Positions 50,149 through 60,709 of a DNA stretch of 64,000 nt are shown piece after piece (positions within the stretch are counted from its first letter, which is position 1; every line of letters starts with the position of its first letter). Source of the stretch: an uncultured Acidimicrobiia bacterium. Lineage in GTDB: Bacteria > Actinomycetota > Acidimicrobiia > Spongiisociales > ZC4RG35. Where the stretch lies: the NCBI GenBank assembly GCA_963744905.1, contig CAVUUV010000006.1:129077-193076 (forward strand), given 5' to 3'. The notes under the pieces were generated by a model. The model did no database searches, was not told where the DNA came from, and saw nothing but the letters and a program-made list of their open reading frames with translations. The position numbers and the translations under genes are program-made.

Positions 50149-50700
50149 GTGGGAGGCATGGAGCTGAAGACATGGGCAGAGAATCACGCCGGCGGTCTGC
50201 TGCGTCCGCTGGGACGACGTTGGCGGCATGTGCAGGCGGTGGCCGAAGTGGCACGGGAGCTGGCAGGCGGCTTGACGCCGGAGGACGCCGACGTTCTTGT
50301 TGCGGCGGCGAATCTTCATGACATCGGCTACGCCCAGGAGCTGGCAGTCACGGGATTCCATCCGCTTGACGGTGCCAGGCATCTGCGGGCGCTCGGACAA
50401 GAGCGTCTCGCTGGCTTGGTGGCTCACCACACCGGAGCCCGACACGAGGCTCGGCTTCGAGGTCTGCAGTCAGCACTCGCCGACTTCGATGACGAGGACA
50501 GCCTCGTTTCGGCGGCGCTGGCGTACTGCGACCTGGCCACGGGACCGAGCGGACGAGCGGATGACGCCCGAGCAGCGACTCGTCGACGTCGAAGGCCGCT
50601 ATGGCGAAGGAGAGCCCGGTGACCCGAGGCCTGCGGGCGGCGTGGCCGGAGCTGATGGATGCGGTCGAACGGGTGGAGGGGCTCGCGACGAGTCCACGCT
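50149..50700 (+). pseudogene. HD-domain protein, C-terminal part frameshifted
   Basis: NLHDIGY and HH motifs. The C-terminus continues in two other frames (ERMTPEQRLVDVEGRYG, then VTRGLRAAWPELMDAVERV). End approximate. Confidence 0.6.
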
Positions 50701-51183
50701 GGTGCGGTCGTCGCTCAGCCGAGGTAGGGCTCGGACTCGCTGCTCCAGGAAGTGCTGGATTCGGAGACGGATCGAGGGGTGGATGTCCATGTCCTCGAGA
50801 TCGTCGGGGCTGAAGTAGCCGACCTCGCTCGTCTCGTCGCTCGTCGCCAGCTCGCCACCGACACGTCGGCAGGCGAAGCAGACCGAGAACTGCTGGCGCA
50901 CCTCGCCGTCGGAGTACTCGACGACGTGGTTCGGGTTCGAGTAGATCCCGACCAGGGACACAACCTCGACGTCGAGTCCGGTCTCTTCCTTGACCTCCCG
51001 CACCGCCGTCTCTGCGATCGTCTCCCCCGGCTTCATCGTGCCTCCCGGGATCGTCCAGAGCGAGTTGTCGGTGCGCTTCGCCAACAACAATCGCCCTCGT
51101 CGTCAGCGACCACAGCCGAGGCGGCGGGAACGAGCCGGTCGGGCGAGGAGCGTCGGGGATCGTTGAAGTGGTCGATGCGGGTC
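50599..51183 (-). pseudogene. NUDIX hydrolase (Pif-like position in AICEs), frameshifted near the N-terminus
   Basis: NUDIX box GGTMKPGETIAETAVREVKEETGL. N-terminus MTRIDHFNDP...AASAVVADDEG lies in another frame. Confidence 0.7.
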
Positions 51184-51958
51184 ATGGTGCTGGGATCGGT
51201 TCTGAGACGTCCAGACCCGCTCGAAGTGAGCCAGGAAGCCGTCGAACATGCCATCGTCGGTGAGACGGCGGAGGTGGAGCAGAGGCGCGCGGTAGCCCTT
51301 CAGACCGTAGAGGTGGGGGGTCACGAACATCTCGTCGTCTCCTCGGAAGACCGAGTTGTACATCCTGGTCTGGTGAAACCGCAGGTCGATGCCCTCCACC
51401 CCGAACAGCGGCTTGAAGTGGTCGATGGTGGTGCGGATCCGATCGGAGAGAGTGCCGCCCAGGCCTTCCTCCTCGTCCCGCTCGGCGACGTATGGGGAGT
51501 CGGGGTTGGCCAGGGCGATGCGGACTCGGCATCCGGCGGCCGCCTTGTCGATGAGCAGCCGGTCGAGCCGGGAGTGGTCTTCGGGTAGGAACTGCATGGC
51601 GTAGCCGAGCAGATCGATGCTGAGTCTCGGCTCCGGAGAGCATCGCCCACCAACGGGCCTTGGGAGCATCGGCCCGGTGTGCCCAGACGGTGACAACCTC
51701 CTCGGTGACCTCGACGGTCCTCTGGCCCAACCTGTCTCGACGAGGTGCCGGCCAGATGTCGGACTCGTCGACGCTGAGGACGTCGGCGACTCGCGCCTTC
51801 ATCCCAATCCGTCGTGGAACGACGCCCTTGTTGGTCCAGCGCCACACCGACTTCGGGTCGACGCCGACGAGCTCAGCCAGCCGATCGGCCGATACACCGG
51901 CTCTGTCCATCACCTCACGGAGTCGGTCGTTGCGCACCACTCGATTCTCCCAAGACAT
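51182..51958 (-). pseudogene. XRE-family HTH regulator with a DUF5919-like C-terminal domain, frameshifted
   Basis: HTH LREVMDRAGVSADRLAELVGVDPKSVWRWTNKG. The C-terminal domain lies in the frame of ORF 51103-51696. Confidence 0.6.
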
Positions 51959-52095
51959 AAGGGGCAGCGTGGAAACGCGATCGCGACGCGAACTCGCGCC
52001 TGGAGACGTCTCGCGAGCCGCGGTTGTGCCGTCCACCACACCTCGACGTATCTCATCGGAAGGACGCCGAACGGGCGCCGGAAAGGAAGGTAGAG

Positions 52096-52416
52096 GTGAA
52101 ACTCCCGATCGATACCACGGGGATGACGTTCCTCGCGGCCGGCCCACCCGAGCCGGTCCTCGACTTCGAGTCGAAGGCTCCGAGGGTGGACGAGAACGGC
52201 GCACCACTGCACTCGGTGCAGGTGGTGGCGCTGAACGACGGCGGCGCCGAGGTGATCGCCGTCAAGGTGGCCGGCCAGCCGAAGGGCGTCAACCAAGGCA
52301 GCACGGTGAAGATCACCGGGCTGGTGGCGACCCCCTGGACCATGGGCGACCGGAGCGGCGTGGCGTACCGGGCCGAGCAGATCGAGCCCACGTCGGCCAC
52401 CCGGTCCGGGTCGTAG
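52096..52416 (+). CDS. small protein resembling AICE/plasmid replication-integration-excision activator (Pra-like)
   Basis: GTG start after a GGAAGG RBS. PVLDFESK ... VKVAG ... VKITGLVATPW ... GVAYRAEQIE pattern recalled from Pra-like proteins. Confidence 0.5.
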   Translation: MKLPIDTTGMTFLAAGPPEPVLDFESKAPRVDENGAPLHSVQVVALNDGGAEVIAVKVAGQPKGVNQGSTVKITGLVATPWTMGDRSGVAYRAEQIEPTSATRSGS

Positions 52417-52642
52417 GTCGAAGATGGCCTCGATGATCCGCGCTCTCGCACCCGACTCCCTGGAGCACGACCATGCGTAGCACGAGGAGGACGTCGCCGA
52501 GGCCATCATCGAGGCCATCCTCCGCGCCGTATGGGGATTCCGAGTGGAGACTCACGCTCGTCGGCCATCTGCGGAGCGCTCGGACTAGTGGCCAGGCACT
52601 CCCACGGCAGAGGGAACGCATGGCTGGCTGAAGTAGTCGCTC

Positions 52643-53828
52643 GTGTCCTTCGTGCTGGCGGTGCCGCCGATTCGCAGGTTCATCGGGCGTCGCCTTCGCC
52701 ACGCCCGATTGCGACGGCAATGGGCACGGGCCGTGCGCTCGGCCCGGATCGCATCCCTCGAGGACCGGGTGCCGACCGCACGGAGGATGAAGGACATCCC
52801 GGCCGGGCAGCGATTCGAGGTGCGCATCCCGGTGGGAGCAGCGTGCCGGAACTCGAAGGACACCTCAGAGGTGATCGCCGCCGCCCTTCGGGTCCGAGAG
52901 CTCCGAGTGCGGCGCATCCCGGACAACGCATCCCGAGCCGAGGTCGTGATCGCCCGCCGAGATCCACTGGCCGTCGGCCCTCCACTCCCCTGGCCCAAGT
53001 CGAATGCGCCTCAGGCCAGCCTGTGGCAACCGATCCCGGTCGGCGTCGGCGAGGACGGCCAGACCGATCACGGTTCTCCTGCCGGAGCGAAACATCCTGC
53101 TCGGCGGCGAGCCCGGAGCCGGCAAGTCGGTTGCCCTCTCGTTGCTGGTGGCTACTGCTGCGCTCGATCCGACATGCAAGCTCTGGCTGCTCGACGGCAA
53201 GCTCGTCGAGCTCGCCATATGGAGTCGGTGCGCACGAAGGAACCGCCGGCGTCAGCTGTCTCCGAGGCCATCGAGGTGCTGCGCAACCTGCAAGAGGAGA
53301 TGGACCAGTCGGTACGCCCAGCTCCTCTGCTAACGGAAGACGCAAGGTCGCCCAGAGGCGACGAGCCTGCCTCTCCACGTGGTCGTCGTCGACGAGCTGG
53401 CCCACTACCTCACCACCTCGGACCGGAAGGAGCGAGCCGCGTTCGCCGATCTCCTCCGTGATCTCGTTTCTCGCGGACGAGCGGCCGGGATCATCGTGCT
53501 TGCTGCGACCCAGAAACCCTCCGCCGACGTCGATCCCGACCTCCATCCGCGACCTCTTCGGATTCCGGTGGGCGATGCGATGCTCGACACCGCAGGCGTC
53601 GGACACGATCCTCGGGTCGGGCTGGGCGTCTGCCGGGCTACTCGGCCGCCGACGTCGACCCGGCCAGCCGCGGCGTCGGCTACCTGCTCCACGAGGGCGG
53701 CATCCCACAGCGCCTCCGCTCCTACTACCTCGACGATTCAGCATCTGGCGTCGATCTCGGCGCGGGCCGAGGCCCTGCGGACGGCCACCTGTCGATGCAC
53801 TGGGAGGCGTGACGTGGCGGCCGCTTGA
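52643..53828 (+). pseudogene. FtsK/SpoIIIE-family DNA translocase (Tra), split over three frames
   Basis: Walker A LLGGEPGAGKSVAL in one frame and Walker B VVVDELAHY plus GIIVLAATQKPS in another. Confidence 0.8.
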
Positions 53829-55220
53829 CAGAGCTCGACTCTGCTGCTCGACCGGGCAGCTGATCCGGCAGTCGTTCGAGCGATGGCTCGAGATCGGCCC
53901 GCTCCACCGGCTGGTGCGAGCACCCGGTGCGGCTGGCCGGCACCACCCACCAGATCGACCCGGCCACCGGCGAGATCTGTCTCCAGCTACACCACCGCCA
54001 GCGAACCCGACGGCCATCCTCCTCAAGGCCTGCGGAACCAGGAGGGCAACGGTATGTCGAGCCGTGCTCGGAGACCTACCGGGCCGATGCCTGGCACTCA
54101 TCGTCGCCGGGATGCGCGGCGGGAAGGGAGTGCCCGACGGATGCCGCCGACGCATCCGATCGCTGTTCGTGACCCTGACGGCTCCCAGCTTCGGCGCCGG
54201 TTCATACCCGACGGGAGAGGGACGGCTCGGCCCGGATGTGCCATCCTCGACATGAGCTCCCCCGATGCCACACACGGCCAGTCGCACCGACTGCCGCCAG
54301 ATCCATCAACCCGACGATGACTCGTCTCGGTGAGCCGCTCTGTGTCGGATTGCTTCGACTACGCCGGCGCCGTCCTCTGGAACGCCCACGCCACCGAGCT
54401 GTGGCGTCGCACCACCATCGGCATCCGCGCGAGCTGGCCAAGGCGATGGGTATCGGCTAGCTCACGAGCTTCGCCGATCATGCTCGACTCTCCTACGCCA
54501 AGGTCGTCGAGTACCAGGACGGGGGCTCATCCACCTCCACGTCGTCATGCGACTCGACGGACCGACCGGCCCGGCCGACCCGCCACCACTAGCGACTCAG
54601 CTATCGACTAGCTTCGAGGCGGCCGTGCGTCGGCGCGTGCCAGCGGATCCAGCGTCTCGTATCCCGCCACCGACGGGATCAGCGGCGAGATCGATGGGGC
54701 CGAGCAGATCGACGTGCGCCGAGTGGCCCTCGACTCGATGTCGCCTGGCGCGGTGGCGGCCTACATCGCCAAGTACGCAACCAAGTCGACCGATGCCTTC
54801 GGTCGCCTCGACCATCGCCTCCGACGAGTCGGACCTGGTGTCACTCGATGTGCGACCTCATCTCAAGACGACTCGTGACAACGGCATGGGACCTCGGCGG
54901 TCGGCCCGAGCTCGAAACACCTCGGGCTGCGTCGGTGGGCGCACACCCTTGGGCTTCCGGGGCCACTGGCTCACCAAGAGCCGCAGCTACTCGACGACGC
55001 TCGGTGCGCTCCGATCGGCCCGCGCCTTGTGGTCGGCGACGTCGTCGAGATCCGGGACCAGACGTGCTCCGGAGTCGGTTGCGATCAAGGACTGGCGCTA
55101 CCTCGGGCGAGGGTGGGACAACCCGGGAGACGAGTGGCTCGCCCGCACTCGGCAGCCGAGGCGAGAACCGAAGCCCGGACGCAGGCTCGGGAAGCCCGAC
55201 TCGCCGAGCGATGGCATTGA
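53800..55220 (+). pseudogene. RepSA-type replication initiator, multiply frameshifted
   Basis: Fragments ACGTRRATVC, ETYRADAWH, FVTLTAPSFG and LWNAHATELWRRTTI are distributed over different frames. Boundaries approximate. Confidence 0.65.
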
Positions 55221-55231
55221 GGGAGGAGACC

Positions 55232-55423
55232 GTGGAGAAACTGCTGCTCACCACCAGCGAAGCCGCCGAGGTGCTCTCGATCAGTCGGTCGAAGCTGTAC
55301 GAGCTGATCGGCCAGGGTCGCCTCTCCACCGTGCGAATCGACACCAGCCGGCGGGTTCCGGCAGAGGCGCTTGTCGAGTTCATCCAGCATCTTCACCACG
55401 AGGAGGCCGCTTGTGACGGGTGA
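55232..55423 (+). CDS. xis: excisionase-type HTH DNA-binding protein
   Basis: LLTTSEAAEVLSISRSKLYELIGQGRLSTVRI. GTG start after a GGGAGGAG RBS. Confidence 0.75.
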   Translation: MEKLLLTTSEAAEVLSISRSKLYELIGQGRLSTVRIDTSRRVPAEALVEFIQHLHHEEAACDG

Positions 55424-55492
55424 GCTGACGACCGAGCCGTCTCGGAATCAGCGTACGTCTGACGCGAGATAACGCTTTACTCCGTCAAGAGT

Positions 55493-55742
55493 TTGGGCGT
55501 ATGGTTGCTCGATGTGACCAGTCATCTCGTCGGGCTCAGCGAGATCGCCACGATGCTCGGCGTCACCCGGCAGAGGGCGAACCAGATTGTGCGGGACTAC
55601 GACGACTTCCCGGCACCCGGTGGCCGAGCTGGCTTCCGGACGGATCTGGGAGACGGCTGCGGTGGAAGCCTGGGCAAAGGCACATCCGGTGAGACCACCG
55701 GGACGGCCTTCCGCCGATGCGGGCGAGGGGGAGAGGACATGA
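55493..55742 (+). pseudogene. second small HTH protein, one frameshift
   Basis: LSEIATMLGVTRQRANQIV, then continues in another frame as VAELASGRIWETAAVEAWAKAHP. Confidence 0.5.
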
Positions 55743-56957
55743 CGCAAGGGACCGCCGAGGCCGGGGCGAGGACTCCGTCTACCAGGACGGTGACCGGTGG
55801 CGGGGAGCAATCTCGCTGGGCCGCACACCGGATGGCCGGCGCCGACGGGTCAAGGTGTCGGGCAGCCACCAAGGCCGAGGTCATCGCCAAGCTCAAGGAG
55901 GCCCGCCGTGCCCTGGACGCCGGGAGTGGAGAACCCGACCAGTCGCCTCACCGTCGGGGCCTACCTGGATCGATGGATCGAAGGCGTGCCGGCACGAGTC
56001 GAGCAGTCGACCGCTGCCGACTACGCCGACACCGTTCGCCTCCACCTCAAGCCCGGCACTCGGCTCGAAGATGCTGACCAAGCTGTCGGTCTCCGAAGTG
56101 AACGCTCTGTGGGCAGCCAAGCGGAAGGCCGGGTACAGCGCCAACAGCATCCGCATCATGCGCACCGTGCTGCGCTCGGCGCTCCACCAGGCGGAGCGGG
56201 AGGAGTCTGCTGGTCCGCAACGTGGCTGCGTTGTCCGATCCGCCTCGGATCCAGCAACCTGAAGGGCGCTCCCTGTCGATTGCCGAGGCGAAGAGCCTGC
56301 TGGATGCCGCCAAGGGACGACCGGCTCGAAGCGCTCTACGCGATCACGCTCACATTCGGGCTTCGACGTGGCGAGGCACTCGGTCTGTCCTGGTCGGACA
56401 TCGACTTCGAAGCTCGGCTCGCTGCATGTGCGTCATCAGATCCGTCGGGAACGGCTCCCGCCGAGGAGGCGCAGAAGGAGTCTGGACGACGCACTCACCT
56501 CGTCCTCCGTGACCTGAAGACCAAGCGGTCACAGACGAACGCTCCACCTGACGCCGGCGCTCGACGGTCTGCTTCGAGCCCATCGGGCACGCCAGGCTCG
56601 GGAGCAACTCGCCGTCGGGCCCGAATGGGCCGATTCGGATCTGGTCTTCACGACCAAGAACGGCACGCCGATCGATCCCGACAACTTCGCCCACTCCTTC
56701 CACCGGTCTGTGCACGCGGCCGGGCTCGGGCACTGGACGCCACACGAGCTGCGACATTCGGCCGCCTCGATCATGCTCGCCCAGGGAACCCCGCTGTGGG
56801 TCGTCTCCGAGGTGCTCGGGCACGCCTCGGTGGCGATCACCAAGGACGTCTACGGCACCTCGTCGGCGACGAGAAGAAGGAGGCGACCGAGGCGATCACA
56901 GATGTGCTGTTCGATACGGACTCAGCAGAGCGCGCGTCGGACGCAGGCGCGGGATGA
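55717..56957 (+). pseudogene. int: tyrosine recombinase (integrase), at least 6 frameshifts
   Basis: SVYQDGDRWRGAISLG, KAEVIAKLKEARRAL, LTVGAYLDRWIE, GLRRGEALGLSWSDID, HELRHSAAS and LGHASVAITKDVYGH are spread over all three forward frames. Confidence 0.85.
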
Positions 56958-56989
56958 ACGCTGAGCGGGGATTCCTGGCACTGGGAAGT

Positions 56990-57682
56990 TCACTTCAGAT
57001 TCGTCAGCTGCCCCTCGTCGAAGCGCTTCCCCCCGAACCGGGTGAAGGGAACCCCGGCACCTTCAACGATGTTGACCATGCGAGCAAGAGTCTCCATCAT
57101 CTCGCGGACGCCATCGAGCTGCAGATCCACGGTCCGTCCTCCGAACCCTTCCTGCCGACCCCACGCCTCCCGTTCCGCCTCGGTCCGGAGCACGCCGCGG
57201 CGATGAGCAAGTATGTGTCGGATCTCCCGAATCTCACCTACACCCTCGGAGTCCAAGTCGAGATCCAGGTGCTCGCGATACCACCGCTTAAGGGTCCCCC
57301 ACCACGGTGAGAGCCTGCCGTACGGCGGCTGGATCAACCCGTGGACGACGAGGATCTCCTCAGCAAGGGCCGCCAGGTACACCTCGAAGGCGGTCACGGA
57401 GTCCTTGAGTGCAGCCGAAAGGTACATCCACTCGTGCTCGACGCTGTTCAGTCCGCCGACGAGGCGGTCGTAGGCCTCGCCGGCATCCCAGATGTCTTCG
57501 TTGACGGGCTGAGCCTCGGCCTGATCCCAGGCACGTCGGTGGGCATCACGGATCATCTCCGTGCCCACAACAACGAACCGGTCGATGTCGGAGTAGACGA
57601 GTATCCAGTCACGCCACCCGAGCGAAGCTGGCCCGTCTCGATCCCAACGGTGCAAGACATCAGCGTCGCTCATACCCATCAA
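56990..57682 (-). CDS. uncharacterised protein with a HEPN-like Rx4H motif
   Basis: Intact 230-aa ORF. AFEVYLAALAEEIL and EIREIRHILAHRRG resemble HEPN helices. 31 nt downstream of an RHH gene. Confidence 0.45.
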   Translation of the reverse strand: MMGMSDADVLHRWDRDGPASLGWRDWILVYSDIDRFVVVGTEMIRDAHRRAWDQAEAQPVNEDIWDAGEAYDRLVGGLNSVEHEWMYLSAALKDSVTAFEVYLAALAEEILVVHGLIQPPYGRLSPWWGTLKRWYREHLDLDLDSEGVGEIREIRHILAHRRGVLRTEAEREAWGRQEGFGGRTVDLQLDGVREMMETLARMVNIVEGAGVPFTRFGGKRFDEGQLTNLK

Positions 57683-57713
57683 TCCCCTGAGCCGTCGCTC
57701 AGTCCAGTAGCGG

Positions 57714-57902
57714 CTACCGAGTCAGCTTCAGCTCCTCGGCAGGAACCAGTCGATCCATGAATTCCTCGATGGCTCGCACCACCAGGTAGTTGACGGAGAG
57801 GTCTCGCTCCTCTGCCGCACGGGCCAGGTCGCTGTGAAGCCGCTCGGGCACGCGGATCGCCGTGGTGACTCGCTTCTCCTTGTGCACCTTTGGTCGTGCC
57901 AT
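57714..57902 (-). CDS. ribbon-helix-helix (Arc/CopG-like) protein
   Basis: KRVTTAIRVPERLHSDLARAAEERDLSVNYLVVRAIEEFM. Confidence 0.7.
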   Translation of the reverse strand: MARPKVHKEKRVTTAIRVPERLHSDLARAAEERDLSVNYLVVRAIEEFMDRLVPAEELKLTR

Positions 57903-58218
57903 GAATTACACGCTAGTAGTTTTCCGCGTGAAACTGCGGATTTCCGTGCGTGCCTACAGCGGGGCAGTTTCTGCTAGCACACCGCTCGCCTAGTGCTCGT
58001 GGTTGCTCACGCTCGCCAGCGGAAATACCGCGAAACTTGACGTTGATGCTCTACGGTGGGACGTGTGAGGCTCTGGCGACCAAGGGCCGGCCAGAGCCTC
58101 ACTCCATACCGGATCGCTCCGGCGTTGGTTGAATCCCTGACGCTAGTCGACGGGAATCGCTGAGGGGCGAGTCGGATGGAGCAACGACTGGCCCTCCGAG
58201 CGAAGGAGGCGGTCACTC

Positions 58219-58398
58219 ATGACCACCCTCCGCCGAGTTCCTCTCGGCACAACCGCCCGGACCGGGGAGAAGTGCCCCGAGTCCGGAATCTGGCGAGTGG
58301 TCGGCTACCCGACCACAGACGCGCCCATCGCCAAGGGCAACACGATGCCGCCTTACAAAGGTAAGGCGGTCACGTGGAAGCTCGTGCAGTACGCATGA
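58219..58398 (+). CDS. small protein (59 aa), YjzC-like pattern
   Basis: Below the cutoff of the ORF track. GAAGGAGG RBS 8 nt upstream. MTTLRRVPLGTTARTGEKCPESGIWRVVGYPTTDAPIAKGNTMPPYKGKAVTWKLVQYA. Confidence 0.5.
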   Translation: MTTLRRVPLGTTARTGEKCPESGIWRVVGYPTTDAPIAKGNTMPPYKGKAVTWKLVQYA

Positions 58399-58511
58399 GG
58401 TGGCATCGGGTGGCGTAGCACCTGTTGCGCCACCCGACAGCCGAGATGCGAGTGCACCTCGCGGGCGTTCGCCTCGAACCGTCGTGATGGCTGGAGCCTG
58501 CTTTGTCTGGG

Positions 58512-59147
58512 TCAGCGATAGACACTCGCGAGAGTGGCGGATTGCCGGCGTAGCTCCCCAAGGCGGGGACCAATGGGGTTGTTCCACTTGCTGATGTTCA
58601 ACGGCGGTGCCAGATGGGGTACCAGCTGGTCCTCAAGCTCGACCGCATCTACAGGGGATGCGGTCTCCAAGTAGGCGAACGTGCCGTGGTCCTCAATCCA
58701 GGTAGTCAACCGACCTTCGCCGTCGTCCCCGAATGTGTAATACCGCGTGCCGTGCTGGGGATCCCTGTCGGGGCGGGGTCGGGGAACCAGGCTGAGGCGC
58801 GTGAGAAGCAGGACTCCTAACGTGCGACGGGGCGTAGAGCGTCCGGAACTACGTCGCCATTCCTCACGGAACCGCTTTTTCAGCCTGCCGGAGCCGGCGG
58901 CAACACCCACGTACGCGACTCCCTCGAATCCAGGGTCGACGTCGAGGTCGACGAAACCCGCAGCATCGATCCATAGGACGTAGACCCCGTTCCTAACCGA
59001 GTCGATGCGTTCGGGCAAGCCAGCCCTCACGCTGAGCAACTCCCGATAGGCGAGGGAAGCGTCCACCGAGCCAACGGTACATTCCGCGCTGCGATGGACC
59101 TGAACGTGACCGGCGCTACGAGAATGGCTCCCGAGAATGGCTCCCAC
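58512..59147 (-). CDS. GIY-YIG-like nuclease family protein
   Basis: GVYVLWI ... AYVGVA ... LKKRFREEW ... ELEDQLVPHLAPPLN. The first codons coincide with the arm repeats, so the true start is probably downstream (for example GTG at 59066). Confidence 0.55.
   Translation of the reverse strand: MGAILGSHSRSAGHVQVHRSAECTVGSVDASLAYRELLSVRAGLPERIDSVRNGVYVLWIDAAGFVDLDVDPGFEGVAYVGVAAGSGRLKKRFREEWRRSSGRSTPRRTLGVLLLTRLSLVPRPRPDRDPQHGTRYYTFGDDGEGRLTTWIEDHGTFAYLETASPVDAVELEDQLVPHLAPPLNISKWNNPIGPRLGELRRQSATLASVYR
59120..59146. repeat. arm-type tandem motif GAGAATGGCTCCCGAGAATGGCTCCCA
   Basis: Perfect tandem 13-mer, about 145-170 bp from the tRNA 3' end. Confidence 0.7.
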
Positions 59148-59260
59148 GGCATGACCGCCAGCCGTCCGACGCGCCGGCTCCCGCCCGAACCCCCGCCTGA
59201 GCAGGGGTTTCCAGCGGACCGAGAAGGACGGGATTCGGAGAAACCCTTGCGGGGCAAGGA

Positions 59261-59285
59261 AAAACCCCGCCTGAGCGGGGCTTTT
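59261..59285 (-). terminator. intrinsic terminator downstream of tRNA-Arg
   Basis: The minus strand reads GCCCCGC-TCAG-GCGGGG followed by TTTTT. Confidence 0.7.
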
Positions 59286-59289
59286 CGAA

Positions 59290-59366
<77 letters not shown>

Positions 59367-59493
59367 CCGGGGGAGACCACAGCATAACGCCCGGCTGCTC
59401 GCAACCCTTCCTGGGGAATCGGCGGCGCACCCGCATCCCCAAACCAACGCCCGGCCATAATGGACCCGTTCGAGCAGAGAGGCATCCAACAGC

Positions 59494-60644
59494 ATGCGAA
59501 TCGGGATTCTGACCGGAGGAGGAGACGTGCCCGGTCTCAACGCCTGCATCAAGGCGGTGGTGACCCGGGCGGCCGACGAGGGGCACGAAGTCGTAGGGAT
59601 CCGGCGAGGGTGGGGTGGCCTGGTCGACGCCAATCCCGACGAACGATCGACTTTCGAGACGAATCTGATCGCGCTGGGCCCCGGGGAGGTCCGCACCATC
59701 GACCGCACCGGCGGGACCTTCCTCCACACCTCCCGAACCAACCCGGCCAAGGTCTCCGGTGACGACCTCCCCCCGTTCCTGCGGGACCGTTACTCGGACG
59801 GCGGCCCGCACGACGTGACGGCCCACGTGCTCCCCGTCATCGAGGCAGCCAAGATCGACGTCCTCATCCCGATAGGAGGTGACGACACGCTGTCTTATGG
59901 GCTGCGTCTGCACGATGAGGGAGTGCCGGTGATCGCCATTCCCAAGACGATGGACAACGACGTCCACGGAACCGACTACTGCATCGGCTTCTCGACCGCA
60001 GTGACCAGAGGCGTCCAGTTCATCCACAATCTGCGGACCGCGGCGGGGTCCCACGAGCGCATCGCCGTGGTCGAGCTGTTCGGGCGCTACAGCGGCGAGA
60101 CCTCGCTCGTCACCGCCTATCTGGCCGGCGTGGACCGGGCCATCATCTCCGAGGTCCCCTTCCACATCGACAAGCTGGCGGAGCTCCTATTGGAGGACCA
60201 GAAATCGAACCCGTCCAACTACGCCATGATGACCATCTCCGAGGGAGCCCGCCTGCCCGAAGGAGAGATGGTCCTGACCGGAGAGGCCGACGCCTACGGG
60301 CATCGCAAGCTGGGCGGCATCGGCGCCCTCACCGGCGAGTTGCTCAAGGAGCGAACCAAGCAAGGGGTTCTCTACCAGCAGGTCGGCTATCTGATGCGTT
60401 CGGGAGCTCCCGGACTCGTCTGGATCTGATGGTGGCGACCAACTACGCGGTGATGGCCGCCGACCTGGCCCTGGAAGGTGGAACCGGTCGCATGGTGGCC
60501 CTGCGGGGCGGGACCTATACCCATGTGCCGATCTCGGTCACGGCCGAAGGAGTGAAGCGAGTCGACGTCGACGAGCTCTATGACGAGCAGTCCTATCGGC
60601 CCAAGGTGCGCCACGTTTTGGGCAAACCCATGTTCCTCTACTGA
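59494..60644 (+). pseudogene. pfk: 6-phosphofructokinase (ATP- or PPi-dependent), one frameshift near codon 305
   Basis: [17 protein letters not shown] ... [12 protein letters not shown] 59494-60429 continues as ORF 60429-60644 ([18 protein letters not shown]) after a 1-nt shift near 60405-60420. Confidence 0.85.
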
Positions 60645-60709
60645 GCCACTCGTTTTGGCGCGACATTCACGGCGGATACGTCGCTGATGTCGCGCGAAAA
60701 GCGCCGCGG

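Larger units (their letters stand above)
47804..59289. mobile_element. AICE-like integrative (conjugative) element at tRNA-Arg, backbone heavily frame-disrupted
   Basis: Bounded by att copy B and the intact tRNA. Encodes Int, Xis, RepSA-like, FtsK/SpoIIIE-like, Pra-like, NUDIX and XRE genes. Confidence 0.8.

Noticed and set aside
52531-54287. 574-aa plus-strand and 535-aa minus-strand ORFs spanning the tra/rep region
   Set aside because: Both are Arg/Pro/Gly/Ser-rich with no motifs. Recognisable FtsK-like and RepSA-like motifs appear only piecewise across frames, so these long ORFs are artefacts of GC-rich sequence crossing frameshifted genes.
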